In this document: in pieces, positions 38,367 through 48,699 of the stretch
Numbering within the stretch: position 1 is the stretch's first letter
Layout of the letters: each line of letters opens with the position of its first letter
Source of the DNA: Pseudomonadota bacterium
GTDB taxonomy: Bacteria > Pseudomonadota > Gammaproteobacteria > UBA1113
Assembly (NCBI GenBank): GCA_021781965.1
Contig: JAJXVU010000003.1
Location: forward strand, 15,880-79,879
DNA: 64,000 nt
Reading direction: 5' to 3'
The notes under the pieces: model-generated
What the model was told of the DNA's origin: nothing
Database searches by the model: none
The model's input: only the letters and a program-made list of their open reading frames with translations
Made by a program: the position numbers and the translations under genes

Positions 38367-38971
38367 TACAGCACGTCTGCATTACCAGACAAATAAGCGC
38401 TCACACCTTCGGAAGTAGGTTTCATCGCTTTTTCGCCTTTTTGCCAGCCTGCAGGGCATACTTCACCGTGTTTGTTGGCAAATTGAATGGCATCGATCAA
38501 ACGTAATATTTCATCTATATCGCGACCGATAGGTAAATCATTGATGATTTCGCTACGTACCAATCCTGTAGCATCCACCAAAACCGCTGCACGGAATGCA
38601 ACGCTAGCCGTAGGATGTTCTATGCCGTAACCCTGGCAAATGCTGTGATTCACATCCGCTACCATCGTATATTTTACAGCACCAATACCGCCCTTGTTGA
38701 TAGGGGTATTGCGCCAAGCAGCATGTGTAAATTGTGAGTCTATAGAAACCGCTATAACTTCTACATTACGCGCTTGAAATTCAGCCATGCGTTTGTCCAG
38801 GGCAATCAGCTCCGTAGGACAAACAAAGGTAAAATCTAAAGGATAAAAGAATATTAAGGCTTCCTTACCCTTGGTGCGCTCAGCAAAATGGTAATCGCTA
38901 ATGATTTCACCATTAGCCAACACCGCGCTAGCTCTAAAATCTGGCGCATTACGCCCTACTAATACCGTCAT
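38366..38971 (-). CDS. ahpC: 2-Cys peroxiredoxin (AhpC/Tsa family)
   Basis: 201 aa with FTFVCPTE (peroxidatic Cys) and the resolving Cys in HGEVCPAGW. Confidence 0.9.
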   Translation of the reverse strand: MTVLVGRNAPDFRASAVLANGEIISDYHFAERTKGKEALIFFYPLDFTFVCPTELIALDKRMAEFQARNVEVIAVSIDSQFTHAAWRNTPINKGGIGAVKYTMVADVNHSICQGYGIEHPTASVAFRAAVLVDATGLVRSEIINDLPIGRDIDEILRLIDAIQFANKHGEVCPAGWQKGEKAMKPTSEGVSAYLSGNADVL

Positions 38972-39011
38972 ATCGAACTCCTCATAAATTATAAAAACAC
39001 AGGGTAAACAA

Positions 39012-39338
39012 CTACCCTAACTTTTTGTCAAACAAAGCTTTTAACTCGCCGCTTTCGTACAGCGATAATAAGATATCGCAGCCGCCTATGAGTTCGCCCT
39101 TAACGAAAATCTGTGGGAATGTTGGCCAGCTGGAGACTTGGGGCAAAGTTGCCCGTACTTCTGGATCGGCCAGAATATCAACAAAAGCAAAGGGTTGCCC
39201 CATGGCCTTTAACACCGATACTGCCTGTGCAGAAAATCCACACTTAGGTGCATCGGGGGTCCCTTTCATGTAAATTAACACGTCATGTTCTGCTATTTGT
39301 GCTTTTAAACGTTCTACTATGGTCATTTTTCGCTCCAT
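39012..39338 (-). CDS. grxD: monothiol glutaredoxin Grx4
   Basis: 108 aa with the CGFS active site. Confidence 0.85.
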   Translation of the reverse strand: MERKMTIVERLKAQIAEHDVLIYMKGTPDAPKCGFSAQAVSVLKAMGQPFAFVDILADPEVRATLPQVSSWPTFPQIFVKGELIGGCDILLSLYESGELKALFDKKLG

Positions 39339-39434
39339 ATTACATATGGCCTATATTTTAACATGCTTGCTAAAATAGCGCCAGCGCCTTACACTATACT
39401 CACAAATCTGTACTATTTTACAAGGAGAATTATC

Positions 39435-40019
39435 ATGATTGAGCTACCTCCCTTACCCTACGCTATGGATGCCTTAGCCCCTTATATTTCTCAAGAAACT
39501 CTGGAATATCATTATGGCAAACACCATCGCGCTTATGTAGATAATCTTAACAAACTGTTGGTCGATAATCCTTTAGCGCATGAAAATTTAGAAACCATCA
39601 TCAAAAAATCATCTGGCGGTATTTTCAACAATGCAGCACAAGTATGGAACCATACTTTTTATTGGCATTCTTTAACGCCTAAGGCTAGATCCACTCCAGA
39701 AGGCGCTTTAGCCGCTGCGATTAATGCCAAGTTTGGCTCTTTTGAAAAGTTTAAAGAAGAATTTACCAAAGCAGCCGTTACCTTGTTTGGTTCAGGTTGG
39801 GCTTGGTTAGTCAAAAATCCCCAGGGCGAAATCGAAATTCTACAAACGCAAAATGCAGCGACCCCAATCACTCAAAATGGCTTTATACCTTTATTAACCT
39901 GTGATGTTTGGGAACACGCCTATTACATAGATACCCGTAATGCGCGACCTAAATATCTAGAAAATTTCTGGGCTGTGGTCAATTGGGACTTTGCTGAAAA
40001 TAATTTCAACCGTGGGTAA
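39435..40019 (+). CDS. sodB: Fe/Mn superoxide dismutase (SodB-like)
   Basis: N-terminal [31 protein letters not shown] and C-terminal DVWEHAYY. Start at the ATG 7 nt downstream of AAGGAG. Confidence 0.9.
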   Translation: MIELPPLPYAMDALAPYISQETLEYHYGKHHRAYVDNLNKLLVDNPLAHENLETIIKKSSGGIFNNAAQVWNHTFYWHSLTPKARSTPEGALAAAINAKFGSFEKFKEEFTKAAVTLFGSGWAWLVKNPQGEIEILQTQNAATPITQNGFIPLLTCDVWEHAYYIDTRNARPKYLENFWAVVNWDFAENNFNRG

Positions 40020-40027
40020 TTACTATC

Positions 40028-41188
40028 ATGGCATCACCTTTAATGTCGACCGATAAAGCTTTACCAGTTTCTTTTAGTTATGGTAAAGGCGCGTGGTTAT
40101 ACGATAATAATGGTGATGCCTACTTAGACGCATTAACCGGCATTGCGGTTTGTGGCTTAGGGCATGCTCATCCTAAAGTCACCGCTACCATCACGGCTCA
40201 AGCACAAAAATTATTGCACACCAGCAATGGATATCATATCGAAAACAAAGAACGCTTAGCGGCGTGTTTAACGAAGTTATCCGGCATGGACAATGCATTT
40301 TTTGTCAATTCTGGTGCTGAGGCAAATGAAACGGCTTTAAAATTGTGTAGATTGTGGGGGCGTGAAAAAAACATTAGCTTACCACATGTCATTGTTACAG
40401 AGCGTGGTTTCCATGGCCGTACTTTGGCTACCTTAAGTGCTTCGGGTTCACGTGAAATTCAGGCGGGCTTTGAACCTTTAGTGCAAGGCTTTATACGCGT
40501 GCCATTCAACGATGTCGCCGCCATACGCACTGTTCTAGAAAATCGTAACGATGTGGTTGCCATCATGGTCGAGCCTATACAGGGCAATGGCGGCATTCAT
40601 ATCCCCGATGAAGATTATTTAGTACAACTGCGTCAATTATGTGATGCCCACGATTGCTTGTTGGTATTAGATGAAATCCAAACTGGCATAGGCCGTACCG
40701 GAAAATGGTTTGCGTATCAACACACGCCTATCATGCCCGATATACTCACTTCAGCTAAAGCCTTGGGCAATGGCATTCCAATTGGTGCTTGTTTGGCTAG
40801 GGGGCGCGCCGCAGAATTATTTCATCCAGGGCAACACGGCTCGACCTTTGGTGGCAATCCTTTTGGCTCTGCAGTGGCTTTAACCGTATTAGAAACTATC
40901 CAAGAAGAAAACTTATTGCCACATATCGTTCAAATGGGACAATTGTTACAACAAGGTTTAAATAAAACTTTGCTTGATCACCCTAAGGTCAAGGCTATAC
41001 GCAGCAAAGGTTTAATATCAGGCGTGGAGCTATCTGCTCCTTGCGGTACTTTACCGGCCATAGGTTTAAAAGAACGGCTTTTGTTTAACGTTACCGCCGA
41101 AAATGTAATCCGCCTATTGCCGCCCTACATCATCAACGCGGATGAAGTAGGACAAATCGTGGCTAGATTGCAAAAGGTTATAGCGTAG
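40028..41188 (+). CDS. argD: class-III aminotransferase, acetylornithine aminotransferase-like
   Basis: 386 aa with PLP-lysine context (SAKALGNGIPIGA) and the ArgD/AstC family N-terminus. Confidence 0.75.
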   Translation: MASPLMSTDKALPVSFSYGKGAWLYDNNGDAYLDALTGIAVCGLGHAHPKVTATITAQAQKLLHTSNGYHIENKERLAACLTKLSGMDNAFFVNSGAEANETALKLCRLWGREKNISLPHVIVTERGFHGRTLATLSASGSREIQAGFEPLVQGFIRVPFNDVAAIRTVLENRNDVVAIMVEPIQGNGGIHIPDEDYLVQLRQLCDAHDCLLVLDEIQTGIGRTGKWFAYQHTPIMPDILTSAKALGNGIPIGACLARGRAAELFHPGQHGSTFGGNPFGSAVALTVLETIQEENLLPHIVQMGQLLQQGLNKTLLDHPKVKAIRSKGLISGVELSAPCGTLPAIGLKERLLFNVTAENVIRLLPPYIINADEVGQIVARLQKVIA

Positions 41189-41377
41189 TTTTAAAAATAT
41201 TCTCATTTTCTTTTCTTGCGCAGTAAGCTGCGGCAGTTGCAGCTTGAGTTACTTCAGTTAAGGTTAAACCCTAGGCTCTTAAGCGTCTGCAGTGTGCTAA
41301 GAGGCATATTCTCGTACCCCAAGGAAAATTCACTGAGATATCGGCACTGCCATGGCTAAAATACCTGTGCATAGAAC

Positions 41378-42769
41378 TTATTTCCTATAATGCCGTATCA
41401 TCCGTTTTCGCTTCTGCTGCTGGCCCGGTGTTAAAACATTCTTTTTTCCTTCATAAGGATTGCTATCGGTTTTAAATTGTAAGCGTATGGGTGTACCGAC
41501 AATTTTAAGCGCTTTATGATACACATGCATCAAATAACGCTTATAAGTTTCGGGCAAGGCTTCGGTTTGTTTACCATGAATGACGATGATGGGTGGTTGA
41601 TGACCGCCCGCATGCGCCAAACGCAATTTGATGCGCCGTCCATGTACCATGGGTGGTTCATGACGCGTCGTTGCATCTTGCAAAATTGTCGTTAAACGAC
41701 CCGTAGTGAGCTCCATGCGCGATGATCGATACGCTTGTTTGATATAGGTGTATAAACTGCCTACGCCCGTGCCATGCAAGGCTGAAATGCACTGAATTTT
41801 GACATAGTCTACAAAGTGAAATGAATCTAGCAACGCACCCCGCACATTTTTTTTGGTTTCAGTGTCCAGGCCATCCCATTTATTAACCGCGATGACCACC
41901 GCACGACCCGCATCGATAATATAATTAAATAAACGTTGATCTTGCCCCGAAATTTCTTCGCGTGCATTGAGCACCAGAATAGACACATCAGCAACTTCAA
42001 TGGCTTGCAAGGCTTTGATCACTGAGAAGGTTTCCACTGTTTCGGTCACGTGCGATCGTCGTCTGACACCCGCGGTATCGATAAAAGTATAATCTACACC
42101 TTGATGTTCATGCGCAATATAAATGCTGCTGCGTGTGGTTCCAGGCATATCATAAACAATGGTGCGCTCTTCTCCCAATAAACGATTGATCAAAGTGGAT
42201 TTGCCCACATTAGGCCGACCTACTATAGCAACTTTAATGCTGTTGTGTTTAATGTCTTCTTCTAGTACTTCTTCCGGCTTAGGCAACTCGCTTAAAACGG
42301 TTTCCAATAAAGCATTGACACCGCGGCCATGGCTGGCAGCAATGGCATGTACATCTGTAAAACCCAATTGATAAAAGTCGGCTACAACCTCATCTATGAC
42401 TTTACCATCGACTTTATTCACCACTAAATGTACTTTTTTATTCAAGCGCCGTAATTCATTGGCCACGTCCACATCAGCACTGGTAACACCTGATTTGGCA
42501 TCGACCATAAACAATAGTATATCGGCTTCTTGCATCGCTAAACGAGATTGCGCTTCGGTTAGATGTTCAATATCCAACGTAGCCTCGCCTATACCACCGG
42601 TATCGATAACGATAAAGCGTTGCTCGTCTATACAGACTTCACCGTATTGGCGATCGCGCGTCACGCCCGGTTCATCCACAATTAAAGCATCGCGCGTACG
42701 CGTCAAACGATTAAACAAGGTGGATTTGCCCACATTGGGTCGACCCACAATAGCAATAACAGGTAACAT
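41378..42769 (-). CDS. der: ribosome-associated GTPase Der (EngA), tandem GTP-binding domains
   Basis: Two G-domains (GRPNVGKST appears twice) plus a KH-like C-terminus. The start is taken at MLPVIAIVGRP. Confidence 0.9.
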   Translation of the reverse strand: MLPVIAIVGRPNVGKSTLFNRLTRTRDALIVDEPGVTRDRQYGEVCIDEQRFIVIDTGGIGEATLDIEHLTEAQSRLAMQEADILLFMVDAKSGVTSADVDVANELRRLNKKVHLVVNKVDGKVIDEVVADFYQLGFTDVHAIAASHGRGVNALLETVLSELPKPEEVLEEDIKHNSIKVAIVGRPNVGKSTLINRLLGEERTIVYDMPGTTRSSIYIAHEHQGVDYTFIDTAGVRRRSHVTETVETFSVIKALQAIEVADVSILVLNAREEISGQDQRLFNYIIDAGRAVVIAVNKWDGLDTETKKNVRGALLDSFHFVDYVKIQCISALHGTGVGSLYTYIKQAYRSSRMELTTGRLTTILQDATTRHEPPMVHGRRIKLRLAHAGGHQPPIIVIHGKQTEALPETYKRYLMHVYHKALKIVGTPIRLQFKTDSNPYEGKKNVLTPGQQQKRKRMIRHYRK

Positions 42770-42810
42770 AGTAACTACTCGCCTCTTTTTAAGAAAAGCC
42801 CATATTGAGT
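42770..42810 (-). promoter_or_regulatory. conserved ~40-nt leader motif ending at the der start codon
   Basis: Sense sequence AATATGGGCTTTTCTTAAAAAGAGGCGAGTAGTTACT-ATG, near-identical to the motifs at lysC and hisS. Confidence 0.35.
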
Positions 42811-42823
42811 GCATTCAATTCAC

Positions 42824-42849
42824 CCGCTCCCTGGCGGTCGCGGCTCGGT
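42824..42849. repeat. REP-like element copy (CCGCTCCCTGGCGGTCGCGGCTCGG)
   Basis: Lies between the bamB stop and the der start; variant of the core found at 24866 and elsewhere. Confidence 0.5.
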
Positions 42850-42857
42850 ATGTCGTT

Positions 42858-44003
42858 TTATAAACTATAAGCAGCCACAGCACCTTTGCTGGACATAACA
42901 AAAACAGTATTTCCATCGGCGACTGGGTTTGAAGCTATACCCTTTTTATCCATCTGTACACGTGCAACAAAATGGCCATCCGCTTGGCTCAGCCAATGCA
43001 CATCACCCATATTATCGGCAACAACTATATTATCGCCCACAATCACCGGTGCCGTTAAAGTACGGTTAAATAATTTATTTTGGCGCCACAACACTTTGCC
43101 CGTGCTAGGGTCAAAAGCCCACACCCGACCTTTAGTATCAGTAACAAACAGCGCATTGCCAGACAGCGCTAAACCACTGCGTGTAGAAAGGCGATGCTCC
43201 CAAATAATTGCGGCTTTAAACTTATCTAATGCGACTAGACTACCTTGATAACTGCCTACATAGATCACATTGTTACTGATCAACGGATTAGCATCGATGT
43301 CTACCATACGCGAAATGTCGGAGACACCATTAGGCTCTACCGCTGCACGCTGCCATAATAGCTGACCCTTGTCTAAAGTGACTAAAGTAACTTTGCCATC
43401 GGCGCTACCTTGAATGACAATGCCCTCATTGATAACGGGCGAACTGCCCCCTTGCAAAATCATGTTGGGCACATTGCCTTGATAGGTCCAGATTTGACTG
43501 CCATCGTTAGAATGGAAAGCCAACATTTGTTCATCGATGGTCTTTGCTATCACGATGCCGCTGCTATAAGCGGGTGCCGCAAAACTTCTATTGGGTAAGG
43601 ATGCTGTATATAGTTTAGCGCCATTGCTCGCGTTAAAAGCCAACAATTCACCCTGACTGTCATTCACAAATAGCTTGCCATCGCCTACCGTAGGTCCTGA
43701 AGTCAAGCGTATACCTGCTTTTTGCTGCCATACTATGTGGCCATTTTGCGCATTGTAAGCAACCATAGTGCCATTTTCACTGACGGTATATAGCTGTCCA
43801 TCAGCCAATACCGGCGCATAATTAACAATATTTTTACCATTACCATCGCCTGTATGACCGCGCCATACCATCTTAAGCGTGGATGGGTTTTGTACCGTGG
43901 CTAAAGGCTTGGCCTCCACTTTGTCTTTATCGCTGCTACAAGCAGTCAAACCGAGCAACAATAAAGTTCCTACTAAAACGGTTTTTATTGTATTTTTATT
44001 CAT
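42858..44003 (-). CDS. bamB: outer membrane protein assembly factor BamB (PQQ-repeat lipoprotein)
   Basis: Lipobox LLGLTACSS, beta-propeller repeats, conserved position downstream of yfgM and upstream of der. Confidence 0.85.
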   Translation of the reverse strand: MNKNTIKTVLVGTLLLLGLTACSSDKDKVEAKPLATVQNPSTLKMVWRGHTGDGNGKNIVNYAPVLADGQLYTVSENGTMVAYNAQNGHIVWQQKAGIRLTSGPTVGDGKLFVNDSQGELLAFNASNGAKLYTASLPNRSFAAPAYSSGIVIAKTIDEQMLAFHSNDGSQIWTYQGNVPNMILQGGSSPVINEGIVIQGSADGKVTLVTLDKGQLLWQRAAVEPNGVSDISRMVDIDANPLISNNVIYVGSYQGSLVALDKFKAAIIWEHRLSTRSGLALSGNALFVTDTKGRVWAFDPSTGKVLWRQNKLFNRTLTAPVIVGDNIVVADNMGDVHWLSQADGHFVARVQMDKKGIASNPVADGNTVFVMSSKGAVAAYSL

Positions 44004-44017
44004 AATGTCCTCGCTCC

Positions 44018-44659
44018 TTATGTCATTTGCGTCAGTTGTGGATCACTTAATTTCATTTGCAACATACTGGCCAAGCCAGAAAATTGGCTGGCCCCATTAA
44101 GTGCAGATTCATAAGCACTTTTTGCTTTATCATATTGTTTTTGCGTTAAGTAGATATCCCCTGTTACGGTTTCAATTAATGGCATATACGTTTTATCATC
44201 TATTTTCTTTAACACCGTTTCAGCATCACCTATTTTTTGTTGTTGCAACAATATTCTTGCTAAACGAATACGCGCAATTTGGCGAAAGGAGGTGACGGAG
44301 CTGTGATCTATAACCCATTGCAACTGGCTATCTGCCTTATCGTATTGCGCCGCATTAACTGCAACCTGTGCCGCAAAGAATTGTGCCATGCTAGCATAGG
44401 GTGTTTTAGGATAATTTTTAACGATGTCGTTAGCGATATCTGTAATTTGTGGGTTATTGGCTATAGCCGTTGCGTTCAATAAAACGATATAAGCCTCCGC
44501 CGCTTTCTGGGACGCTGCGGCCTGTTTGCCCTTAAACATTTGTATGGCATAAAATAAAGCGATGCCTAAAATCAGACCTATGACGATAGAGACACCGTAT
44601 TTTTTTAACCACGCTTTAACCGCTTGTGCCTGGTCATCTGCATTGTAATATTCTTCCAT
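44018..44659 (-). CDS. yfgM: YfgM-like TPR membrane protein (UPF0070)
   Basis: 213 aa with a single TM near the N-terminus, located between hisS and bamB as in E. coli. Confidence 0.65.
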   Translation of the reverse strand: MEEYYNADDQAQAVKAWLKKYGVSIVIGLILGIALFYAIQMFKGKQAAASQKAAEAYIVLLNATAIANNPQITDIANDIVKNYPKTPYASMAQFFAAQVAVNAAQYDKADSQLQWVIDHSSVTSFRQIARIRLARILLQQQKIGDAETVLKKIDDKTYMPLIETVTGDIYLTQKQYDKAKSAYESALNGASQFSGLASMLQMKLSDPQLTQMT

Positions 44660-44661
44660 TG

Positions 44662-45939
44662 TTAAGAGCTCCTAAGCTTTTCTAAAAAAGTGAATAATTC
44701 TGTTATGGCTACTTTAGTCTGCGGCAAATGTTCATCGCGCAAATGCTTGAACGTTACGCTTTTTTCGGCACATTCTTCGTCGCCGATGATTAAAGCCCAT
44801 CTTGCGCCGGATTTGTCGGCTTTTTTAAATTGATTTTTAAAACTGGCTTCGCCGCAATGCGTTATTACACGCCAATCTTTAAATTGTAACCGTATACTAC
44901 GCGCTAATTCTAATGCCGCCAATCGCGGCGCACCGATTGTGCTGATTACATAAATATCTGCAGGTTCGCTCATTTCATGTTGTTGCAATTGCAATAATAA
45001 CAATATGCGCTCTAAACCCAGCGCAAAACCAATAGCGGGCACAGACTTTCCACCCATTTGCTCTACCAAACCATCATAACGGCCTCCAGCGCATACTGTT
45101 CCCTGTGCGCCCAGTTCGTTGCTAACCCATTCAAAGACGGTGTGCGTGTAATAGTCCAAACCGCGCACCAAAGCAGGGTTAATTTGATAAGCAATGCCTA
45201 AGGCATCTAAACCAGCGCAAACTTCATCGAAATGCGCTTTGGAAGCATCATCTAGATAATCACCTAGCTTAGGTGCGTCATGAATAATTTTTTGTGTTTG
45301 TAGATCTTTACTGTCTAAAATACGCAAAGGATTGGTATGTAGACGTCGTTGGCTGTCTTCATCCAATTCATGACGATAGCGATTTAAATACTCCACCAAT
45401 TTTTCTTTGTGCGCCTTACGGGCAACCGAAGTTCCCAACGTATTAATTTGCAACACCAGTGATGCTTGTAAGGATAAATTACGCTTTAGTGTTTCTGTTA
45501 ATAAAATAATTTCTAAATCTATATCGGCGCTCATGACGCCAAAAGCTTCTACCCCTAATTGGTAAAATTGACGATAGCGCCCTTTTTGCGGCCGCTCATG
45601 TCTATACATAGGGCCCATATACCACCAACGTTGTATCCCTTGCGTTAATAATCCGTGCTCTAAACCTAAACGAACCGCACTGGCTGTACCTTCTGGCCGT
45701 AAAGCCAAGCTGTCACCATTTCTATCGTCAAACACATACATTTCTTTTTCAACAATATCGGTCGCTTCACCTATATTGCGTTTAAACAATTCTGTCTTTT
45801 CTAAAATGGGTGTGCGGATTTCATCATAGCCGAATGAATAAACTGTCTGACGTATAATATTTTCAACATGGCGCCACAAAGCGCTGTCGCTAGGCAGTAC
45901 ATCATTCATGCCGCGTATTGCTTGGATATATTCCGCCAT
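44662..45939 (-). CDS. hisS: histidine--tRNA ligase
   Basis: MAEYIQAIRGMNDVLP matches the HisS N-terminus, with class II aaRS motifs. The start is taken at the internal Met of the ORF-track call. Confidence 0.9.
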   Translation of the reverse strand: MAEYIQAIRGMNDVLPSDSALWRHVENIIRQTVYSFGYDEIRTPILEKTELFKRNIGEATDIVEKEMYVFDDRNGDSLALRPEGTASAVRLGLEHGLLTQGIQRWWYMGPMYRHERPQKGRYRQFYQLGVEAFGVMSADIDLEIILLTETLKRNLSLQASLVLQINTLGTSVARKAHKEKLVEYLNRYRHELDEDSQRRLHTNPLRILDSKDLQTQKIIHDAPKLGDYLDDASKAHFDEVCAGLDALGIAYQINPALVRGLDYYTHTVFEWVSNELGAQGTVCAGGRYDGLVEQMGGKSVPAIGFALGLERILLLLQLQQHEMSEPADIYVISTIGAPRLAALELARSIRLQFKDWRVITHCGEASFKNQFKKADKSGARWALIIGDEECAEKSVTFKHLRDEHLPQTKVAITELFTFLEKLRSS

Positions 45940-45980
45940 GGTAACTACTCGCCCCTTTTTCGACAAAAGCCCATATTAAT
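45940..45980 (-). promoter_or_regulatory. conserved ~40-nt leader motif ending at the hisS start codon
   Basis: Sense sequence TAATATGGGCTTTTGTCGAAAAAGGGGCGAGTAGTTACC-ATG. Confidence 0.35.
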
Positions 45981-46881
45981 TTTCATCTAAGCGTGGTGCA
46001 GGGCCACCTACCACGGGATCATGCGCACCGCTCAAATCGGATTGGGATTGGACATGCTTTCTTTTGGGTTTAAACGTTGGCGTAGTAGTATTTGTGGTGG
46101 CGGTACTATTCGCTGTAGTTCCCGGTGCTGGCGATTCTGTAGCATTGCTTGCAGGTACCGTTGTTGTTGGGGTTGCCGCTGTATTAGCATTGTTTGCAGG
46201 AACGACGGCCGCAGGAGTTGCTGGCATTGCAGTCGTATTTTGTGCGGAAGTGGCTGTGGATGTAGATGAATTAGGCGTAGTGGTGTTATTCAATAAATCC
46301 GCACTCGCTCCTAAGGCACCACCTACTTGATCGGGCCCAGCTGCCGCAGACGCAGTGGGGGTTTGCGCTGTTGTATTTTCTGCTTGTAAAGTTTTTTGCA
46401 AAGTAGACACTTGCGACAATGTTGTATCTACCGAGGTATTCAATGTCTTTATGTTAGAGTTATAATTTTGCCACCACAAGACTAGAGAAATAGCTATAAA
46501 TACGATTACACCCAAGCCCATCCAACGCCAATAACGATCACCTTGACGGCTATCGCGAGTAATATATTTAGGCACCCCGGTGACAACTTTATCTTGCAAG
46601 GACAGTTGATTGAATAATTGCATCACGTCTACTTCAGAAATGCCAACCAATTTAGCGTAGCCACGCAAATAACCGCGCACGAAAGCTAATGATGAAAAAG
46701 CGTCAAAGTTATCAGCTTCTAAATCTAAGATATATTGGGTTTGCAAACGCATTTCGCGAGCGATATCCCATTCATTTAAGTTCAATGCCAAACGTCTATC
46801 GCGTAGTAAAGCGCCCGGGCTCATAATCGCCGCCTCATCATGTCTTAAATCAGAAAATGCTTCCTGTGAGTCTGCCTTCAT
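45976..46881 (-). CDS. rodZ: cytoskeleton protein RodZ (XRE HTH + TM + low-complexity Thr/Ala/Asn linker + C-terminal DUF4115)
   Basis: N-terminal HTH (LNEWDIAREMRLQTQYILDLE), a TM segment and a C-terminal conserved domain, in conserved position next to pilW. Confidence 0.75.
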   Translation of the reverse strand: MKADSQEAFSDLRHDEAAIMSPGALLRDRRLALNLNEWDIAREMRLQTQYILDLEADNFDAFSSLAFVRGYLRGYAKLVGISEVDVMQLFNQLSLQDKVVTGVPKYITRDSRQGDRYWRWMGLGVIVFIAISLVLWWQNYNSNIKTLNTSVDTTLSQVSTLQKTLQAENTTAQTPTASAAAGPDQVGGALGASADLLNNTTTPNSSTSTATSAQNTTAMPATPAAVVPANNANTAATPTTTVPASNATESPAPGTTANSTATTNTTTPTFKPKRKHVQSQSDLSGAHDPVVGGPAPRLDEN

Positions 46882-47690
46882 GCCACACCTCGTGTTGTTG
46901 CTAAGTATTGACGGTATTGTACCGAATTAGGATATAGTGTTTTTAATTGTGTTGCTAAATTCATTGCTTTTTCTTTATCTCCCAGTGCTTGCGCGCTTTG
47001 AATACCCAGCCACAAAGCATCCGGTGATTGTTCTCCTGTTGTCGCATATTGCGTTAAATAGTTTTGTGCTGCTGGCCAATCTTTGGCATTCGCGCTAATC
47101 TCTGCCATCTGTAACAATGACGTTGCTAATCTAGGATCGATGCGCAATGCCTTTAAAAAATAATCTTTAGCCACCGCCGCATCTTTTTGTTCCAAATGGC
47201 ACAAGCCTAAATTTTCATAGGTCTGCGCCGTACTTACATAATTGGGATCATCAATGGCTTTTTGAAAATATCGATAAGCCGCGGCATAATTTTTTTGCTT
47301 ACACAAGAAAACACCGTAATTATTGGCCGCATCGCCCTTTTCGGTTGCTGAAGAATAGGCACGTTTATAATAACGCTCCGCTTCTTTAGCGTTACCAATC
47401 TTGTCATAATAGTAAGCCATGCTAGCAGCAACTATACTAGAATCGGGATCTTGCTTTTGCGCCATCAACAATTTCGTTTTAGCCCGTTCTATATCGCCTT
47501 GTTGTAAATAGCCTACCCCCAATTCGGCATTAATGGCCGCTGCCTTGGGGTTATAACTCAAAGCACTCAGGGGTACTCCGCTGTCGGTCGTAGCATCGTC
47601 ACTATTTTGGGATACACATCCGGCCACAGCCAACAAGAGCATTATGCCCGTCAGATACCTACAAATAACCCTCATTTTTGCCATTATCAC
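46878..47690 (-). CDS. pilW: type IV pilus biogenesis/stability TPR lipoprotein PilW (PilF-like)
   Basis: Lipobox LLAVAGC, multiple TPR repeats, and conserved rlmN-pilW-rodZ synteny. Confidence 0.7.
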   Translation of the reverse strand: MIMAKMRVICRYLTGIMLLLAVAGCVSQNSDDATTDSGVPLSALSYNPKAAAINAELGVGYLQQGDIERAKTKLLMAQKQDPDSSIVAASMAYYYDKIGNAKEAERYYKRAYSSATEKGDAANNYGVFLCKQKNYAAAYRYFQKAIDDPNYVSTAQTYENLGLCHLEQKDAAVAKDYFLKALRIDPRLATSLLQMAEISANAKDWPAAQNYLTQYATTGEQSPDALWLGIQSAQALGDKEKAMNLATQLKTLYPNSVQYRQYLATTRGVA

Positions 47691-47805
47691 TATGCCAATC
47701 AGCTTAAAGCGCCATTATACGGCAGTCTAGGGTATAAATAAAGAGTGGAGTTTGTGTTTAGTAGATGTACAGATAATGGATTTTTTGTTTAACTCCTGCT
47801 CATTT

Positions 47806-48486
47806 CTACCATGTTAATTTACTGCCATCGTAACGCATAAAAGTACCGCTATCCTCTGGGCTTAATTTAGCCAAAAGCTTTCTAATACTGTGAACACTGT
47901 CTGTGGGTGTCAGCGTGGCATTAGGGCCGCCCATATCCGTTTGTACCCAGCCTGGATGCAAAACAACTATTTTAATACCATGAGGCTTTAAATCAATCGC
48001 CATACTTTTGGTTATGGCATTTAAAGCAGCTTTAGTACTGCGATAAGCGTAAGAGCCGCCAGAGCTATTTTGATCGATCGAGCCCATAACGCTGCTCATA
48101 TTGGCTATGACCTTAAGATTACTTGCTGCAATATTTTTAAATAACCCTTCCGCTAAAATAAACGGCGCCACTGTATTTATCTTAAAAGTATCGATTAATA
48201 ATTCAGCTTCAATCGTACCGAAAGCTTGATCTTCCGGCAAAACCCCCGCGTTGTTTAACAAAATATCAATGGGTTGATTGCCCACATGATGGAGCAAATC
48301 CTTGATGCTATGCGTATCACTCACATCCAATTGTAGAATTTTAACGGTATTGCCTAGTTTTCCTAACGCATGAGCTTGCTCTGGATTCCTACAGCAAGCA
48401 ATCACCCGCCAACCATCCGCAGAATATTGCTTCGCCATCTCTAAGCCCAGGCCCCTATTAGCGCCGGTGATTAATACTGTATACAT
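47806..48486 (-). CDS. SDR-family oxidoreductase
   Basis: 226 aa with the motif MYTVLITGANRGLGLEMAK. Confidence 0.75.
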   Translation of the reverse strand: MYTVLITGANRGLGLEMAKQYSADGWRVIACCRNPEQAHALGKLGNTVKILQLDVSDTHSIKDLLHHVGNQPIDILLNNAGVLPEDQAFGTIEAELLIDTFKINTVAPFILAEGLFKNIAASNLKVIANMSSVMGSIDQNSSGGSYAYRSTKAALNAITKSMAIDLKPHGIKIVVLHPGWVQTDMGGPNATLTPTDSVHSIRKLLAKLSPEDSGTFMRYDGSKLTW

Positions 48487-48699
48487 GTTTTAGTCCTATT
48501 TTAGTTTGTTTGAGATCTGAACTCATTAATGCTTACTTATATAAATAGTTGATTCTATTATAAAATATTGCTAAAATAGCTTGCTCTTGGCTAGCCTATT
48601 CTAATAAATCATCAATTGTAGCATGAAATAGATTTCCGCAGCGTGCCACAAAGATTCATAAACAATATAACGCTTGGAGGTAAGTAAAAAAGCACTTAA

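Noticed and set aside
41189-41377. Convergent argD/der intergenic region with an imperfect hairpin (agtaagctgcggcagttgcagcttgagttact)
   Set aside because: The stem is imperfect and there is no clear U-tract. It could be a weak bidirectional terminator but the evidence is insufficient to call it.
44659-44720. Sense-like occurrence of the CTTTTCTAAAAAAG core of the leader motif upstream of yfgM
   Set aside because: It lies inside the hisS coding sequence and lacks the GAGTAGTTAC-ATG part. The core is a near-palindromic A/T run, so this is probably coincidental.
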